From contig CAVPLU010000004.1 of assembly GCA_963706285.1 (NCBI GenBank), forward strand, positions 128,001 to 192,000: a stretch of 64,000 bases of DNA, read 5' to 3'. Position 1 is the stretch's first letter. Every line of letters begins with the position of its first letter. Made by a program: the position numbers and the translations under genes. The stretch is from Candidatus Bathyarchaeota archaeon. Its GTDB lineage: Archaea; Thermoproteota; Bathyarchaeia; 40CM-2-53-6. A model generated the notes under the pieces. That model made no database searches. It worked only from the letters and a program-made list of their open reading frames with translations, and was not told where the DNA came from. Of the stretch, positions 11,099-21,454 are shown in pieces.

Positions 11099-12075
11099 TT
11101 CTTGTTCCCCCTAATTCTGCCGCCGAGAGTAGATGCCCCTAACGTGTATCTGTAGAACGTTCCAACCGGGTCGGGTAGCCTATCAATGACCTTGTCTATC
11201 GATTCTTCATCTTGGAAGTCTATTATGCTCGCGATGAAGGATGCGGTTTTTGCTCCATAATCTGTTACTCTGTCAAGCGGTCCGAAACATCCTGTGCAAG
11301 ACATTCTTGCCTTGGGGCAAAGGGCTGTGCACCCTCCTCTCGTTGAAGGTCCCAAGCAGAGTAAGCCTTGGGTAAGCAGGCATTTCTCCCCGTCAGGGAT
11401 GACCTCGTAAGGGCGCTTCAGATCTTGCACCAAGACCCTGTCGGGTTTCGTTTCATTGAGTGGGCATTCGTCGCACAGGGCTTTCTCCGAAGCGCCTATA
11501 GTAGATCCCTTTGGTGGAACCTTTCCGGACAGGAGAGTTGTGACTGCATTCCATGTTACATCAGCCGTAGGAGGACACCCAGGAATATAGTAGTCAACGT
11601 CTATGACTCGATCGATGGGAACAAGGCTGGGTAAGATTTCAGGAAGCGTGAGCTCAACACCATCGATAATGGTGCTCTTTTGTGGTGTCACTTTCTGAGG
11701 GTTATCCACTGTCGGGACTTCATGGTAGGCGCGAGAGGCGAATTCTCCCTCAGAGTAGAGGTTGGCGAGGCTTGGGATTCCGCCCCAAGCGGAGCAAGCG
11801 CCGTAGGCCACTACAATCTTGGACTTCCGTCTCAGGAGTTTCGCCATGTGCTCGTGCTCGCTGGTTCTGATTCCTCCGTTTATCAGGCTCGCTGTTATCG
11901 ATCCGTCCGGAAGCTTCTCGACATCTTCCTCCTTGAAGTCGAGCGCGACGGGCCAGAACACTATATCGACCAGGCTGACGAGGTCAAGAACTCTCTCAGC
12001 AATATCTACTGTAGCTTCCTCACATCCACCGCAACTGGCACACCAGTACATCGCTATTTTCGGTTTGTCCATCAT
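11095..12075 (-). CDS. mvhG: [NiFe] hydrogenase small subunit
   Basis: [35 protein letters not shown] motifs. Confidence 0.93.
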   Translation of the reverse strand: MMDKPKIAMYWCASCGGCEEATVDIAERVLDLVSLVDIVFWPVALDFKEEDVEKLPDGSITASLINGGIRTSEHEHMAKLLRRKSKIVVAYGACSAWGGIPSLANLYSEGEFASRAYHEVPTVDNPQKVTPQKSTIIDGVELTLPEILPSLVPIDRVIDVDYYIPGCPPTADVTWNAVTTLLSGKVPPKGSTIGASEKALCDECPLNETKPDRVLVQDLKRPYEVIPDGEKCLLTQGLLCLGPSTRGGCTALCPKARMSCTGCFGPLDRVTDYGAKTASFIASIIDFQDEESIDKVIDRLPDPVGTFYRYTLGASTLGGRIRGNKK

Positions 12076-12497
12076 CGAGTCACCAGCAGTCGTGGAGCCA
12101 ATGGGCCCAAAGGCTTGACCTGCTCCACCATCTCTTGCGCGATTTTGACAAACTTCGCTGCTTCCGAGGCCGAGATCCATTCGAGTCGCAGTCGTTCTTT
12201 CTCGATGCCCAGACTCTCAAGCATTTTCTGTAACAAAGTTATCCTCCTTAGGGCTTTGTAGTTTCCGTCTATGTAGTGGCAATCGCCTAGGTGGCATCCA
12301 GCTACCAGCACACCGTCGGCTCCATCTCGAAATGCCTCTACAATGAATTGAGGGTCAATTCTTGAGGAGCACATTACTCTGATCACTCTAAAGTTCGGTG
12401 GATACTTCATCCTGCTTGTCCCAGCGAGGTCAAGTGCCGCGTATGTGCACCAGTTGCAGGCGAACAAAGCTATCTTAGGTTCGAATTGGTCGCTCAT
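12072..12497 (-). CDS. mvhD: Methyl-viologen-reducing hydrogenase delta subunit
   Basis: [28 protein letters not shown] motifs. Confidence 0.95.
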   Translation of the reverse strand: MSDQFEPKIALFACNWCTYAALDLAGTSRMKYPPNFRVIRVMCSSRIDPQFIVEAFRDGADGVLVAGCHLGDCHYIDGNYKALRRITLLQKMLESLGIEKERLRLEWISASEAAKFVKIAQEMVEQVKPLGPLAPRLLVTR

Positions 12498-14453
12498 CTA
12501 AGCGCCCCTCCTCTCAGTGAGTGCGGCAATTTGGGCCATCACTTGAGTGTCTTTGAATCCCGCTTGCTGCATGGCTCCCGACGGACACGCCGCCACGCAG
12601 GCTCCACATGCTTTGCACAGTGCTTTGTCAACTTCGGCGAGCTTCTTCCCGTTCTTGTCTTTCCTGGATATCGCGCCGTACGGGCACATGGCGATGCAGA
12701 TGGCGCATCCGCTGCAGATTTCCTCTGTAACCTGGGCTATTATGGGTTCGATTCTGATCTCTTCTTTTCCGAAGAGGGATGAGGCTTTGGCAGCTGAGGC
12801 GCTTCCAGCCGTTACACTCTCAATTATGTTCTTCGGGCTTGTCACTGATCCTGCGAAGTAGATTCCATCTGCCGGTGCCTCAACTGGACGCAGTTTGAGG
12901 TGGGCTTCCCTTAGGAAGCCTTCAGGGCTGCATCCCACCTTCACCACACTCTGCACTTTCGTCAGGTCTTGGCTTGGGGACATTCCGACCGCAAGGACAA
13001 CTGCATCTACCGGAATCAGAAGATCTTCCTGGAGAGTAGCATCATGTACCTGTACCTCTAGCTCGTCGGAGTGCACATTCACTGTGGGCGGCTTTTCAAA
13101 CAGGATGAACTTGACAAGATGCTCTGCTGCGCTTTCGTAGAGTTTCTCGTCGCCTCTTCCGTAGGTCCTCATGTCCTTGTAGATGGTGTAGATCTCAGTT
13201 TCGGGATACCGGTCCTTTATTGTCAGCATGTTCTTTAGAGCTGATGCACAACACATTCGCGAACAGTACTGATGCGCGTTCTTTGTTGTTCCAAGTGATC
13301 CGACGCACATTATGAATGCCAGGGTCTTCGGAGTGGATCCTTCGAGTTTCAATTCTCCTCCGGTTGGTCCCTCCTTGTCAAGAAATCGCTCTAGCTGAAA
13401 GAGAGTCAAGACCTTCTTGGAACGCCCGTAGCCATATTCTCCTTCAGGAGGCTCGTAGGGGCTAAATCCGGTTGCGAGGACTACTCCTCCCGCGATCGCT
13501 TCAAGATCGTGGGCCTTTTCGTTCAGGTCAATCGCATGCGGTTGGCAGACTTTCACGCATTCTCCGCATCTCGTGCAGGTATCAGGGTCGATCACGGCTA
13601 TTGGTGGATAGGCTTCCTTGAACGGAAGATAGATCGCTTTTCTGGTTGAGATTCCAAACTCATATTCATTTGGAACGTCTACCGGACAAACGCGGAAGCA
13701 TTCTCCGCAGAGCGTGCACTTCGCGTCAACGAACCTAGGTTTGCTCCTGATTTTGGCCTTGTAGAATCCAATCGATCCATTCAGTTCGGTTACTTGGGAG
13801 TTCACAGAAGCGGTCACGTTAGGGTTTGCCACGAGAGGTTTGATGAGAGATTCGACTATGTCGCTCCCTTTCATGTCAATATGAGCAAGTCTGCCCAACC
13901 TAGCCGCTCTTCCTCCGAGGGTTGGTAACTCTTCTACTAGCTGGACTTTGTAGCCTCTTTCCGCGAGGTCAAGTGATGCCCTAAGTCCAGCCACGCCTCC
14001 ACCCAGGACCAAAGCCGCAGGCTGCACGCCAAACCGCAAGTCCTCAAGTGGTTCTAGGAGGTTCGCCTTCGCAACAGCCATCCTGATCAGGTCTTTGGTC
14101 TTCTCCGTCGCTCTTTGTTTGTGGTCGGAATGCACCCAGGAACTTTGCTCTCTGATGTTCACCATCTCCAGAAGGTATGGGTTGAGTCCGGCTTCTTTGA
14201 GCGTCGCCCTGAATGTCTGCTCATGCATAGCAGGAGAACAGGCTGCGATAACAACTCTGTTCAGCCCAAGCTTCTTCACGCTTTCCTTGATGAGATCTTG
14301 GCCGGGAGCAGAGCACATGAACACGTATTCCTTGGCCTCAACAACATGAGGTATTGTCTTGGAGTATTCTATGACTTCCTTCACGTCTATGGTTCCAGCT
14401 ATGTTAACTCCACAGTTGCAGACGAAGACGCCTACTTTCGATTCTTCACTCAT
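12498..14453 (-). CDS. hdrA: HdrA-like flavo-FeS protein (QmoB-like partner)
   Basis: CNCGVNI and ACSP N-domain, GGGVAG FAD site, inserted and C-terminal ferredoxin domains; lacks DKTFPTLDC. Confidence 0.9.
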   Translation of the reverse strand: MSEESKVGVFVCNCGVNIAGTIDVKEVIEYSKTIPHVVEAKEYVFMCSAPGQDLIKESVKKLGLNRVVIAACSPAMHEQTFRATLKEAGLNPYLLEMVNIREQSSWVHSDHKQRATEKTKDLIRMAVAKANLLEPLEDLRFGVQPAALVLGGGVAGLRASLDLAERGYKVQLVEELPTLGGRAARLGRLAHIDMKGSDIVESLIKPLVANPNVTASVNSQVTELNGSIGFYKAKIRSKPRFVDAKCTLCGECFRVCPVDVPNEYEFGISTRKAIYLPFKEAYPPIAVIDPDTCTRCGECVKVCQPHAIDLNEKAHDLEAIAGGVVLATGFSPYEPPEGEYGYGRSKKVLTLFQLERFLDKEGPTGGELKLEGSTPKTLAFIMCVGSLGTTKNAHQYCSRMCCASALKNMLTIKDRYPETEIYTIYKDMRTYGRGDEKLYESAAEHLVKFILFEKPPTVNVHSDELEVQVHDATLQEDLLIPVDAVVLAVGMSPSQDLTKVQSVVKVGCSPEGFLREAHLKLRPVEAPADGIYFAGSVTSPKNIIESVTAGSASAAKASSLFGKEEIRIEPIIAQVTEEICSGCAICIAMCPYGAISRKDKNGKKLAEVDKALCKACGACVAACPSGAMQQAGFKDTQVMAQIAALTERRGA

Positions 14454-14455
14454 GA

Positions 14456-15739
14456 CTATTCACGCACCGCAAGCACCGAGGCTCTCATCGCGGCTGCACT
14501 ACCCTGCGTAACCGAATCAGGTATGTCCTTAGCGCCGGCGACGACGCCGGCGGCGAAGATGCCGTTCACTCCGGTCGAGACAGGATCTAGGTACGGGTTT
14601 GCCAGTTTGACGTATCCGTCTTCGTCTAAGGGCACATGTATGAATGATTCAATCGGATTGATCTTGACGCCGACAGCCAGGACTGCCATCTCGACTTCCA
14701 TCTTGTTGAGGCGTCCTTCATTGGTGTCTTCATAAGTGAGTATCAAGTTCTTGGTCTCTGGAACTTCCTCGATCTTCGCCGGTCGACCCCGGATGAACTT
14801 CACTCCAAATTCAATTCTTGCCCTATCATAGAACTCTTGATATCCCTTACCAAAGGCTCTCAGGTCCATGTAGAACACTGTACAGTCGACGCCTGGCAGA
14901 TGCTCCTTTGCCAGAATTGCCTGTTTGACAGAGGCCATGCAGCAGAAGGCCGAGCAGCTAGGATTCATCCTCATGTCTCTGGAGCAAACGCATTGAATGA
15001 AGGCTATGCTATTGGGATGCTTCTTGTCAGATGCTCGGACGATCTCACCTACGGTCGGTCCAGTGGAAGAGACGAGTCTCTCAAACTCGAGTGAAGTATG
15101 GACGTTTTCGTGCGTTGCATATCCATACTGAGGAATTAGCCGGGGATCCTGTAGCTGAAATCCTGTCGCCACGATTATCGATGCAACGTCCAGCTCAATC
15201 TCCTCTGCCTTCTGTTCGAAGTTTATGGCTTCTGCCGGGCAGAATTTTTGGCAGACCTTGCAGATGCCCTTCGTGAAGTATAGGCAGTGTTCAGTATCTA
15301 TGACCGGGATGAGGGGCACCGCTTGTGGGAAGGGCCAATAGACTGTCTTTCTCTTGCCCATCTCAAGGTTGAACTCGCTTGGAACCGAAACCGGGCATTT
15401 TGCAATGCAATCTCCACATCCTAGACACTTGTCGATCTCAACGTATCTGGGCTTCTTCAGGACCTTGACTTTGAAGTTTCCTGATGTACCTTTGACGTCT
15501 TGAACCTCTGCGTAGGTCAACAGTTCTATGTTCTCATTCTTGGAGGCAGACACCATTTTGGGTGTGAGGATGCATGCGGCACAGTCGAGGGTTGGAAAAG
15601 TCTTGTCGAGTTGCGACATTCGTCCTCCGATGCTTGGGGTCTTCTCGACTAGGTAGGTCTTGATGCCTTGTTCTGAAAGATCAACGGCTGCTTGGATGCC
15701 TGCGATTCCTCCTCCGATGACTAAAACAGGTTTCGCCAT
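14456..15739 (-). CDS. Short HdrA/QmoA-like flavoprotein
   Basis: Starts at VLVIGGGIAG; has DKTFPTLDC and the inserted ferredoxin; lacks the N-terminal and C-terminal HdrA domains. Confidence 0.88.
   Translation of the reverse strand: MAKPVLVIGGGIAGIQAAVDLSEQGIKTYLVEKTPSIGGRMSQLDKTFPTLDCAACILTPKMVSASKNENIELLTYAEVQDVKGTSGNFKVKVLKKPRYVEIDKCLGCGDCIAKCPVSVPSEFNLEMGKRKTVYWPFPQAVPLIPVIDTEHCLYFTKGICKVCQKFCPAEAINFEQKAEEIELDVASIIVATGFQLQDPRLIPQYGYATHENVHTSLEFERLVSSTGPTVGEIVRASDKKHPNSIAFIQCVCSRDMRMNPSCSAFCCMASVKQAILAKEHLPGVDCTVFYMDLRAFGKGYQEFYDRARIEFGVKFIRGRPAKIEEVPETKNLILTYEDTNEGRLNKMEVEMAVLAVGVKINPIESFIHVPLDEDGYVKLANPYLDPVSTGVNGIFAAGVVAGAKDIPDSVTQGSAAAMRASVLAVRE
15237..15609. repeat. Two near-identical tracts, inverted relative to 19601-19973
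   Basis: 15237-15298 is the exact reverse complement of 19912-19973 (62 bp); 15547-15609 matches 19601-19663 at 61/63. Confidence 0.9.
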
Positions 15740-15740
15740 T

Positions 15741-16934
15741 CTAACTCACTCCTGTCACATTGCCTAATTTCATAGTCGCTTTGTTCATCCAGATCGCCAA
15801 CGGCCGATAGATGGCATGAGCAAACTTGGTGAACGGAGCCAATACTATGAGATCGAATACGACGACAAGATGAAATGCATACAAGCTGTACGCTGCAAGA
15901 TCGGAACTAGCATAGAGCGTCGTCGTCAACAAGAGTCCCGTAATGCCAGACAGGAAGAGCAGAAGAATGAACGCCCAGTCCGTAAAATGACTGAACTTCA
16001 CATGTTGCTCATTTTTCTTGACTCTCTTGTAGACATAGTACACGGCCCCGCAGGAGAAGACTATTCCGCTTGCCAACCCCAACACTCGTTGAGGCGGAAC
16101 TGGAGAGAGTGGAACGTTGCCTATGCCAAGCACAAAATCGATGGACGTAGCAACAGCCATGCCGACAAATCCCCAAAACAACGCCATGTGCGCATAGTAC
16201 CTGTTCCTGTTCGTACACTTGAGGTAACCAACTTGAGCGAGAGACTCCTTAACAACGGACGAGACAAGAGTCGAAAACCAGACTCCGATTTTCCTCCCCG
16301 CCGGTGCCTCTTTTTGGGTTCCGTGTCTGATCTGCCTCATCATTATTGCAAGGTTCGCCAAGGCGCTCAGTCCCACAAACGCTCCAAGGATGAGTCCAGC
16401 ATTGTGGATTATTTCGAAAGAGAAGAACTGCTGCAAGTCAACCGGGCTGAAGATCGCAGGTCCTCGAAGTAGCAAAACGCCGAACACGGCCACGAGCGTT
16501 GTGAACAAGAGGCCCATGGCTGAGGAGACCGAACTACCATAGAAGATCGAGGCCAATCTTCCCCACGAGTATCTCTTGATGGCGTATCTTCTCGCAGCCA
16601 TCATGAAAGCGCCAGGATCGGCATCTCTGGGGCAAGTGTCCGAACACTCGCCGCAGAAGTAGCACAGCCAAAGCGAAGGAGATGAGACAAGCTTCTCCTC
16701 AAGACCTAGAATGGCATGTCTTATTGGAGCTCTAGGAAACTCTACGCGCTCCTGGACGACCGGGCAGATGGCTGTACATGTGCCACAATTGTAACATTTC
16801 GCAAGTTTCTTGGCGCCTAGCTTCTGAATTTCAGATGCTAACCTGGGGTGCACCACCGTCAAGGATCTCTGAGCATTCTTACTGTCTGCCTCTTCGAGAA
16901 CTGTTTGAACTCTTAACTGATCACGTTTCAACAT
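15741..16934 (-). CDS. qmoC: QmoC-like membrane subunit (HdrC-like FeS domain plus heme b TM domain)
   Basis: CYNCGTCTAICP, WLCYFCGECSDTCPR, about six TM helices with His, C-terminal HL...PFTKFAHAIYRPLA. Confidence 0.82.
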   Translation of the reverse strand: MLKRDQLRVQTVLEEADSKNAQRSLTVVHPRLASEIQKLGAKKLAKCYNCGTCTAICPVVQERVEFPRAPIRHAILGLEEKLVSSPSLWLCYFCGECSDTCPRDADPGAFMMAARRYAIKRYSWGRLASIFYGSSVSSAMGLLFTTLVAVFGVLLLRGPAIFSPVDLQQFFSFEIIHNAGLILGAFVGLSALANLAIMMRQIRHGTQKEAPAGRKIGVWFSTLVSSVVKESLAQVGYLKCTNRNRYYAHMALFWGFVGMAVATSIDFVLGIGNVPLSPVPPQRVLGLASGIVFSCGAVYYVYKRVKKNEQHVKFSHFTDWAFILLLFLSGITGLLLTTTLYASSDLAAYSLYAFHLVVVFDLIVLAPFTKFAHAIYRPLAIWMNKATMKLGNVTGVS

Positions 16935-17454
16935 TGATCAGGTCCTAAGATATCTGAAACGCAGCAAGTGTGATGTGTTTCTTGATATACCTTGCTGTGA
17001 ATTTTCGTCTTGGCGACTTCACTATAGAGAAAAGCTTCTAAGAACTTATGACGAACATAGATCGTGGGAAAACATGTAGTTAGAATGTACTTCGAAGTCC
17101 CATCATGATCATTAGATCTCATCCAGAGCCGTCTGTGACGCGCTCTGATCGAAGACCTTTGAGCCCTTTCACTGTTCGCCTCTTCAAACACAGTCCGAGT
17201 TTGCAGTTGATCATTATTCAATATCTTGGTCACTTCGTTTACTCAATAGCGCAGCCCTGTGCGCTGCGAAATCTCGTCATCAGATGTTTTCCGATCTGAA
17301 GGATAGCGTATGCTGGAAGCTGGCACAACTTCATGGTCAAGGAGCAGTCGTTCCGAGTCGTTATTTTTTCCTGTCCGAGTAGCGAGAGGGCAGGCCCGAG
17401 GAGTAATCTCTCCTAATATCAATTGCTAATTATTTACTACTATTCTAGTTAGAT

Positions 17455-17480
17455 TTTTCCGGGCATATATAGTCGGAAAA
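17455..17480. promoter_or_regulatory. Palindrome centred on a TATA-like hexamer in the divergent qmoC/hdrC region
   Basis: TTTTCCG-GGC-ATATAT-AGT-CGGAAAA. Confidence 0.4.
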
Positions 17481-17533
17481 TGCTCGGATTTCAACACGTG
17501 ACACATATATCTATGACCTAGCACTCACGGGGC

Positions 17534-18160
17534 GTGACCCGTTTGTACGAGGAACAATCCGAGAGAAGAGCTCACGCACTTAGCAACGTTTTCCTCCACG
17601 CCATATACGGAATCCCCGGCGGGGAGAAGATTAAGGAATGCATCCAATGCGGAACATGCAGCGCCTCCTGCACAACAAGCTATGCAATGGATTATACACC
17701 GAGAGAGATCATCGCCGCATTCAGAGCAGGCCAACTTGAGAAGGTTATGAGAAGCAACACCGTCTGGCTATGCACCTCATGCTACTACTGCACCGTCCGG
17801 TGTCCATCAGGAATCAAATTCACAGACATAATGTATGAACTCAAGCGCCTGGGAGTTGAGTTCGGACTTGTTCAAGAAGGTGCCATTGCACCCGTGATGT
17901 CGAAGACGTTTGTAGAAATGGTCGACAAGTACGGTAGACTGCCCGAGACAGCACTTGTGATGAATGTTCTGCTAAAGACGAACCCGCTTGGACTTCTAAA
18001 GATGATGCCACACGGCTTGAGACTATTCTTACGCGGCAGGATGCCGCTATTCCCTCACCGAATTTCCGGAGTATCTGACTTGAAGAAGTGTTCAGAAGCG
18101 ATGACTAATGCGCTTGTTTCAGACTTGCATTCTAGTTCAGGGGCAGCTCAGGAGGCATAG
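17534..18160 (+). CDS. hdrC: Heterodisulfide reductase subunit C
   Basis: CIQCGTCSASC and WLCTSCYYCTVRCP. Confidence 0.92.
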   Translation: MTRLYEEQSERRAHALSNVFLHAIYGIPGGEKIKECIQCGTCSASCTTSYAMDYTPREIIAAFRAGQLEKVMRSNTVWLCTSCYYCTVRCPSGIKFTDIMYELKRLGVEFGLVQEGAIAPVMSKTFVEMVDKYGRLPETALVMNVLLKTNPLGLLKMMPHGLRLFLRGRMPLFPHRISGVSDLKKCSEAMTNALVSDLHSSSGAAQEA

Positions 18161-18162
18161 CA

Positions 18163-19050
18163 TTGGACTCTCGCATGGGATTCTCATACTATCCGGGCTG
18201 TGCGCTTGAGGGCATGAACAAAGCCTATGACACGTCCACTCGCTTGGTTTCAAAAGAGCTCGGGATTGACCTTACTGAATTGAATGACTGGAACTGCTGC
18301 GGTGCCTCTGCATACGTTTCTATTCAGGAGCTTCGTGCACACCTGCTATCAGCAAGAAACCTCTCACTCGCCGAGAAAGAAAACAAGGATCTTGTGGTGG
18401 TCTGTCCCGCATGCTTCACGACGCTCACAAAGAGCAATCGCTACATGGGCGAGGACCTGAGACTCAGGAAGACGATCACGTCCGCACTCAAGGCTGCAAA
18501 TCTCCAATACTCTGGAACCGTCAAAGTCAGACATCTGCTGGAAGTAATTGTAAGGGATATCGGAGAGCAAGAAGTCAAGGCGAAAGTCACTAAACCGCTC
18601 TCTGGATTGAAGATCGCTCCATACTACGGCTGCCAGTTCACAAGACCGTTCGGAGATTTCGACGACAAGGAATTCCCCATCATGCTTGATACGGTCCTAA
18701 AGTGGATTGGAGCAGAACCGGTTGACTTTCCCCTAAAAGCGAAATGCTGCGGAGGAATGCAGATGACAACTAACGAGCAGGTTGGATTGACGTTAGTGCG
18801 ATCTCTCCTTGACTCCGCAACCCAGAACGGAGCTGAATGCATCGCGACCATATGCCCCCTCTGTCACATGACCTTAGAGGCGTACCAAGGCAACGTCAAC
18901 AAGAAGTTCGCAACAGAATTCCAACTTCCCACGCTCTACTTCACCCAGTTGATGGGCTTAGCATTTGGTTTCAACCGAAAAGAGCTCGCAATCAACCAGG
19001 AACTGATCTCGAGCAAAGCTGTCATAACGAAGCATGTGGAGGTAGTGTGA
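18163..19050 (+). CDS. hdrB: Heterodisulfide reductase subunit B
   Basis: Two CCG domains: YYPGC, WNCCG, CPAC; YYGC, KCCGG, CPLC. Confidence 0.95.
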   Translation: MDSRMGFSYYPGCALEGMNKAYDTSTRLVSKELGIDLTELNDWNCCGASAYVSIQELRAHLLSARNLSLAEKENKDLVVVCPACFTTLTKSNRYMGEDLRLRKTITSALKAANLQYSGTVKVRHLLEVIVRDIGEQEVKAKVTKPLSGLKIAPYYGCQFTRPFGDFDDKEFPIMLDTVLKWIGAEPVDFPLKAKCCGGMQMTTNEQVGLTLVRSLLDSATQNGAECIATICPLCHMTLEAYQGNVNKKFATEFQLPTLYFTQLMGLAFGFNRKELAINQELISSKAVITKHVEVV

Positions 19051-19053
19051 TAG

Positions 19054-21021
19054 ATGTCAGAAAAGATCGGCGTCTACATCTGTCATTGCGGATCAAACAT
19101 CGCTCAGACGGTGGACTGTAAGAGTGTCGTTGAGTACGCTACCGGTCTGCCCAAAGTTGCTGTGGCGCGAGATTATCAATACATGTGCTCTGACCCGGGT
19201 CAGGAGCTTATCAAGAAAGACGTAAAGGAGCTAGGCCTTACGAGGGTCGTGGTTGCCTCCTGCTCGCCTCTAATGCATGAGCCCACTTTTCGCCGTGCGG
19301 TCGAAGAAGCGGGCCTGAATCAGTTTATGTTCCAGATGGCGAACATTCGCGAACAGTGTTCTTGGATCAGCGAGAACAAGGAGATGGCGACCGAACGTGC
19401 GAAGGCAATCGTAGGCGCCGCTGTCAGTCGCGTCTTGTTCCAGGAACCACTCGATGTCAAGAGAGTGCCGGTCAACCCTAATGTCCTGATAGTTGGAGGA
19501 GGAATCACTGGAATCGAGGCCGCACTCCAAATCGCTGACTCAGGGAAGAAGGTCTATCTCGTCGAGAGGGAACCAACGATCGGCGGATACATGGCGCGAT
19601 TCGATAAGACTTTTCCAACCCTCGACTGTGCCGCATGCATCCTCACACCAAAAATGGTGTCTGTCGGTCAGCACCAAAATATCGAGCTTTTGTCATATAG
19701 CGACGTCACTGCGTTCTCCGGATATGTTGGCAACTTCACCGCTCGAGTACGAAGGCGCCCAAAGTATGTTGAAGACGACAAATGCAACGGATGCGGTCTG
19801 TGCACGGAGAAGTGTCCTCTCAGTGTCCCGAGCGAGTTTGATTGTGGACTTGGAAAGCGGAAGGCAATCTACAGGCCGTTTCCGCAAGCCGTACCCAACG
19901 TCCCGGTCATTGATACTGAACACTGCCTATACTTCACGAAGGGCATCTGCAAGGTCTGCCAAAAATTCTGCCCTAGAGGCGCCATAAACTTCGATCAGAA
20001 AGAAACCTTTGTTGACCTGCAAGTGGGAGCTGCGGTTCTGGCAACAGGCTTCGATCTATTCGATGCGTCCAAAGTGAAACAGTTTGGGTATGGTAGGTTA
20101 CCTAACGTCATCACGAGCTTGGAATTCGAGCGACTTTCACACGCGTCCGGTCCAACCGGAGGAAAAATCATGCTCAAGAACGGACAGATGCCCGAGAGCA
20201 TGGCGATTCTACACTGCATAGGAAGCCGCGATACGAACTATAATGAGTACTGCTCGCGCGTCTGCTGCATGTACTCGATGAAGATTGCACACTTGGCTCA
20301 CGAGAAGACCGGAGCAAGAATATACGAGTTCTACATTGACATAAGAGCATTCGGCAAAGGATACGAAGAGTTCTACAAACGAATGCTCAAAGAGGAGACG
20401 ATTTTCATCCGCGGAAAGGCAGCTGAAGTCACTGATGTCGCCCAAACTCCGAGCGAGAGAGGCAAGCTTGTCGTGGTCGCCGAAGATACACTGCTGGGAG
20501 CCGTCCGAAGGATACCTGTCGACATGGTTGTCCTCAGCGTGGGTCTGGAGCCTAGAAAGGACACCGCAGAAGTTGCCAGGACATTCTCGATAAGCAGAAG
20601 TCAGGACGGATTCTTCCTAGAACGTCATCCCAAGCTCGCACCTGTATCAACCGCATCAGATGGCATTTTCATCGCGGGCGCGTGTCAAAGCCCCAAAGAC
20701 ATACCCGACAGCGTGGCCCAAGGCGCTGCGGCAGCAGCCAACGCGCTATCCCTGATCGACAGAAAAGAGGTCACACTTGAACCAACGGTCGCCTTCATAG
20801 ATGAGGAGTCATGCTCAGGGTGCAAGATCTGCATCGGCCTGTGTCCATACAACGCGATAACTTTCGATGAAACAAAGAAGGTATCTCTGGTGAATGACGC
20901 GCTCTGCAAAGGATGCGGTACCTGCGTCGCCGCGTGCCCGTCTGGAGCGATATTGCAGCGCAACTTCACTGATCAGCAACTCCTTGCCGAAGTGGAAGCG
21001 ATCTGCGCCTCAAAACGGTGA
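19054..21021 (+). CDS. hdrA: Heterodisulfide reductase subunit A
   Basis: Canonical full-length layout: CHCG, DKTFPTLDC, CSRVCCMY, C-terminal ferredoxin. Confidence 0.96.
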   Translation: MSEKIGVYICHCGSNIAQTVDCKSVVEYATGLPKVAVARDYQYMCSDPGQELIKKDVKELGLTRVVVASCSPLMHEPTFRRAVEEAGLNQFMFQMANIREQCSWISENKEMATERAKAIVGAAVSRVLFQEPLDVKRVPVNPNVLIVGGGITGIEAALQIADSGKKVYLVEREPTIGGYMARFDKTFPTLDCAACILTPKMVSVGQHQNIELLSYSDVTAFSGYVGNFTARVRRRPKYVEDDKCNGCGLCTEKCPLSVPSEFDCGLGKRKAIYRPFPQAVPNVPVIDTEHCLYFTKGICKVCQKFCPRGAINFDQKETFVDLQVGAAVLATGFDLFDASKVKQFGYGRLPNVITSLEFERLSHASGPTGGKIMLKNGQMPESMAILHCIGSRDTNYNEYCSRVCCMYSMKIAHLAHEKTGARIYEFYIDIRAFGKGYEEFYKRMLKEETIFIRGKAAEVTDVAQTPSERGKLVVVAEDTLLGAVRRIPVDMVVLSVGLEPRKDTAEVARTFSISRSQDGFFLERHPKLAPVSTASDGIFIAGACQSPKDIPDSVAQGAAAAANALSLIDRKEVTLEPTVAFIDEESCSGCKICIGLCPYNAITFDETKKVSLVNDALCKGCGTCVAACPSGAILQRNFTDQQLLAEVEAICASKR

Positions 21022-21452
21022 TTGACATGCAGTCGAACTTTGAGCCTAAGATTGTTGGCTTCCTATGCAAGTGGTGTGCCTACACAGGGGCCGATCTTGC
21101 TGGGACAAGCCGGATCAAGTATCCACCCAACGTCACTCCCATCCGGGTAATGTGTTCAGGTCGCGTCGATCCGGTCTTGGTGATGAAGTCTCTAGCATCA
21201 GGTGCGGACGGCGTTCTCATCGCGGGATGCCATCCAGGCGATTGTCACTACACGAGCGGCAACATGAAGACAATCAGGCGATTCAAACTGCTCCAGAAGA
21301 TGCTCGAACAGTTCGGAGTCGAGAGAGATCGCGTGAGACTCGAATGGGTTTCAGCGTCAGAAGGCGAGAAATACGCGGAAGTCGTCGAGAACATGACTAC
21401 GACACTCCGTGCGCTTGGTCCTCTGAACTGGAACGGAGGAAAGGAGGCCTAG
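21018..21452 (+). CDS. mvhD: MvhD
   Basis: CKWCAY, RVMCSGR, GCHPGDCHY motifs. Confidence 0.95.
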   Translation: MIDMQSNFEPKIVGFLCKWCAYTGADLAGTSRIKYPPNVTPIRVMCSGRVDPVLVMKSLASGADGVLIAGCHPGDCHYTSGNMKTIRRFKLLQKMLEQFGVERDRVRLEWVSASEGEKYAEVVENMTTTLRALGPLNWNGGKEA

Positions 21453-21454
21453 TC

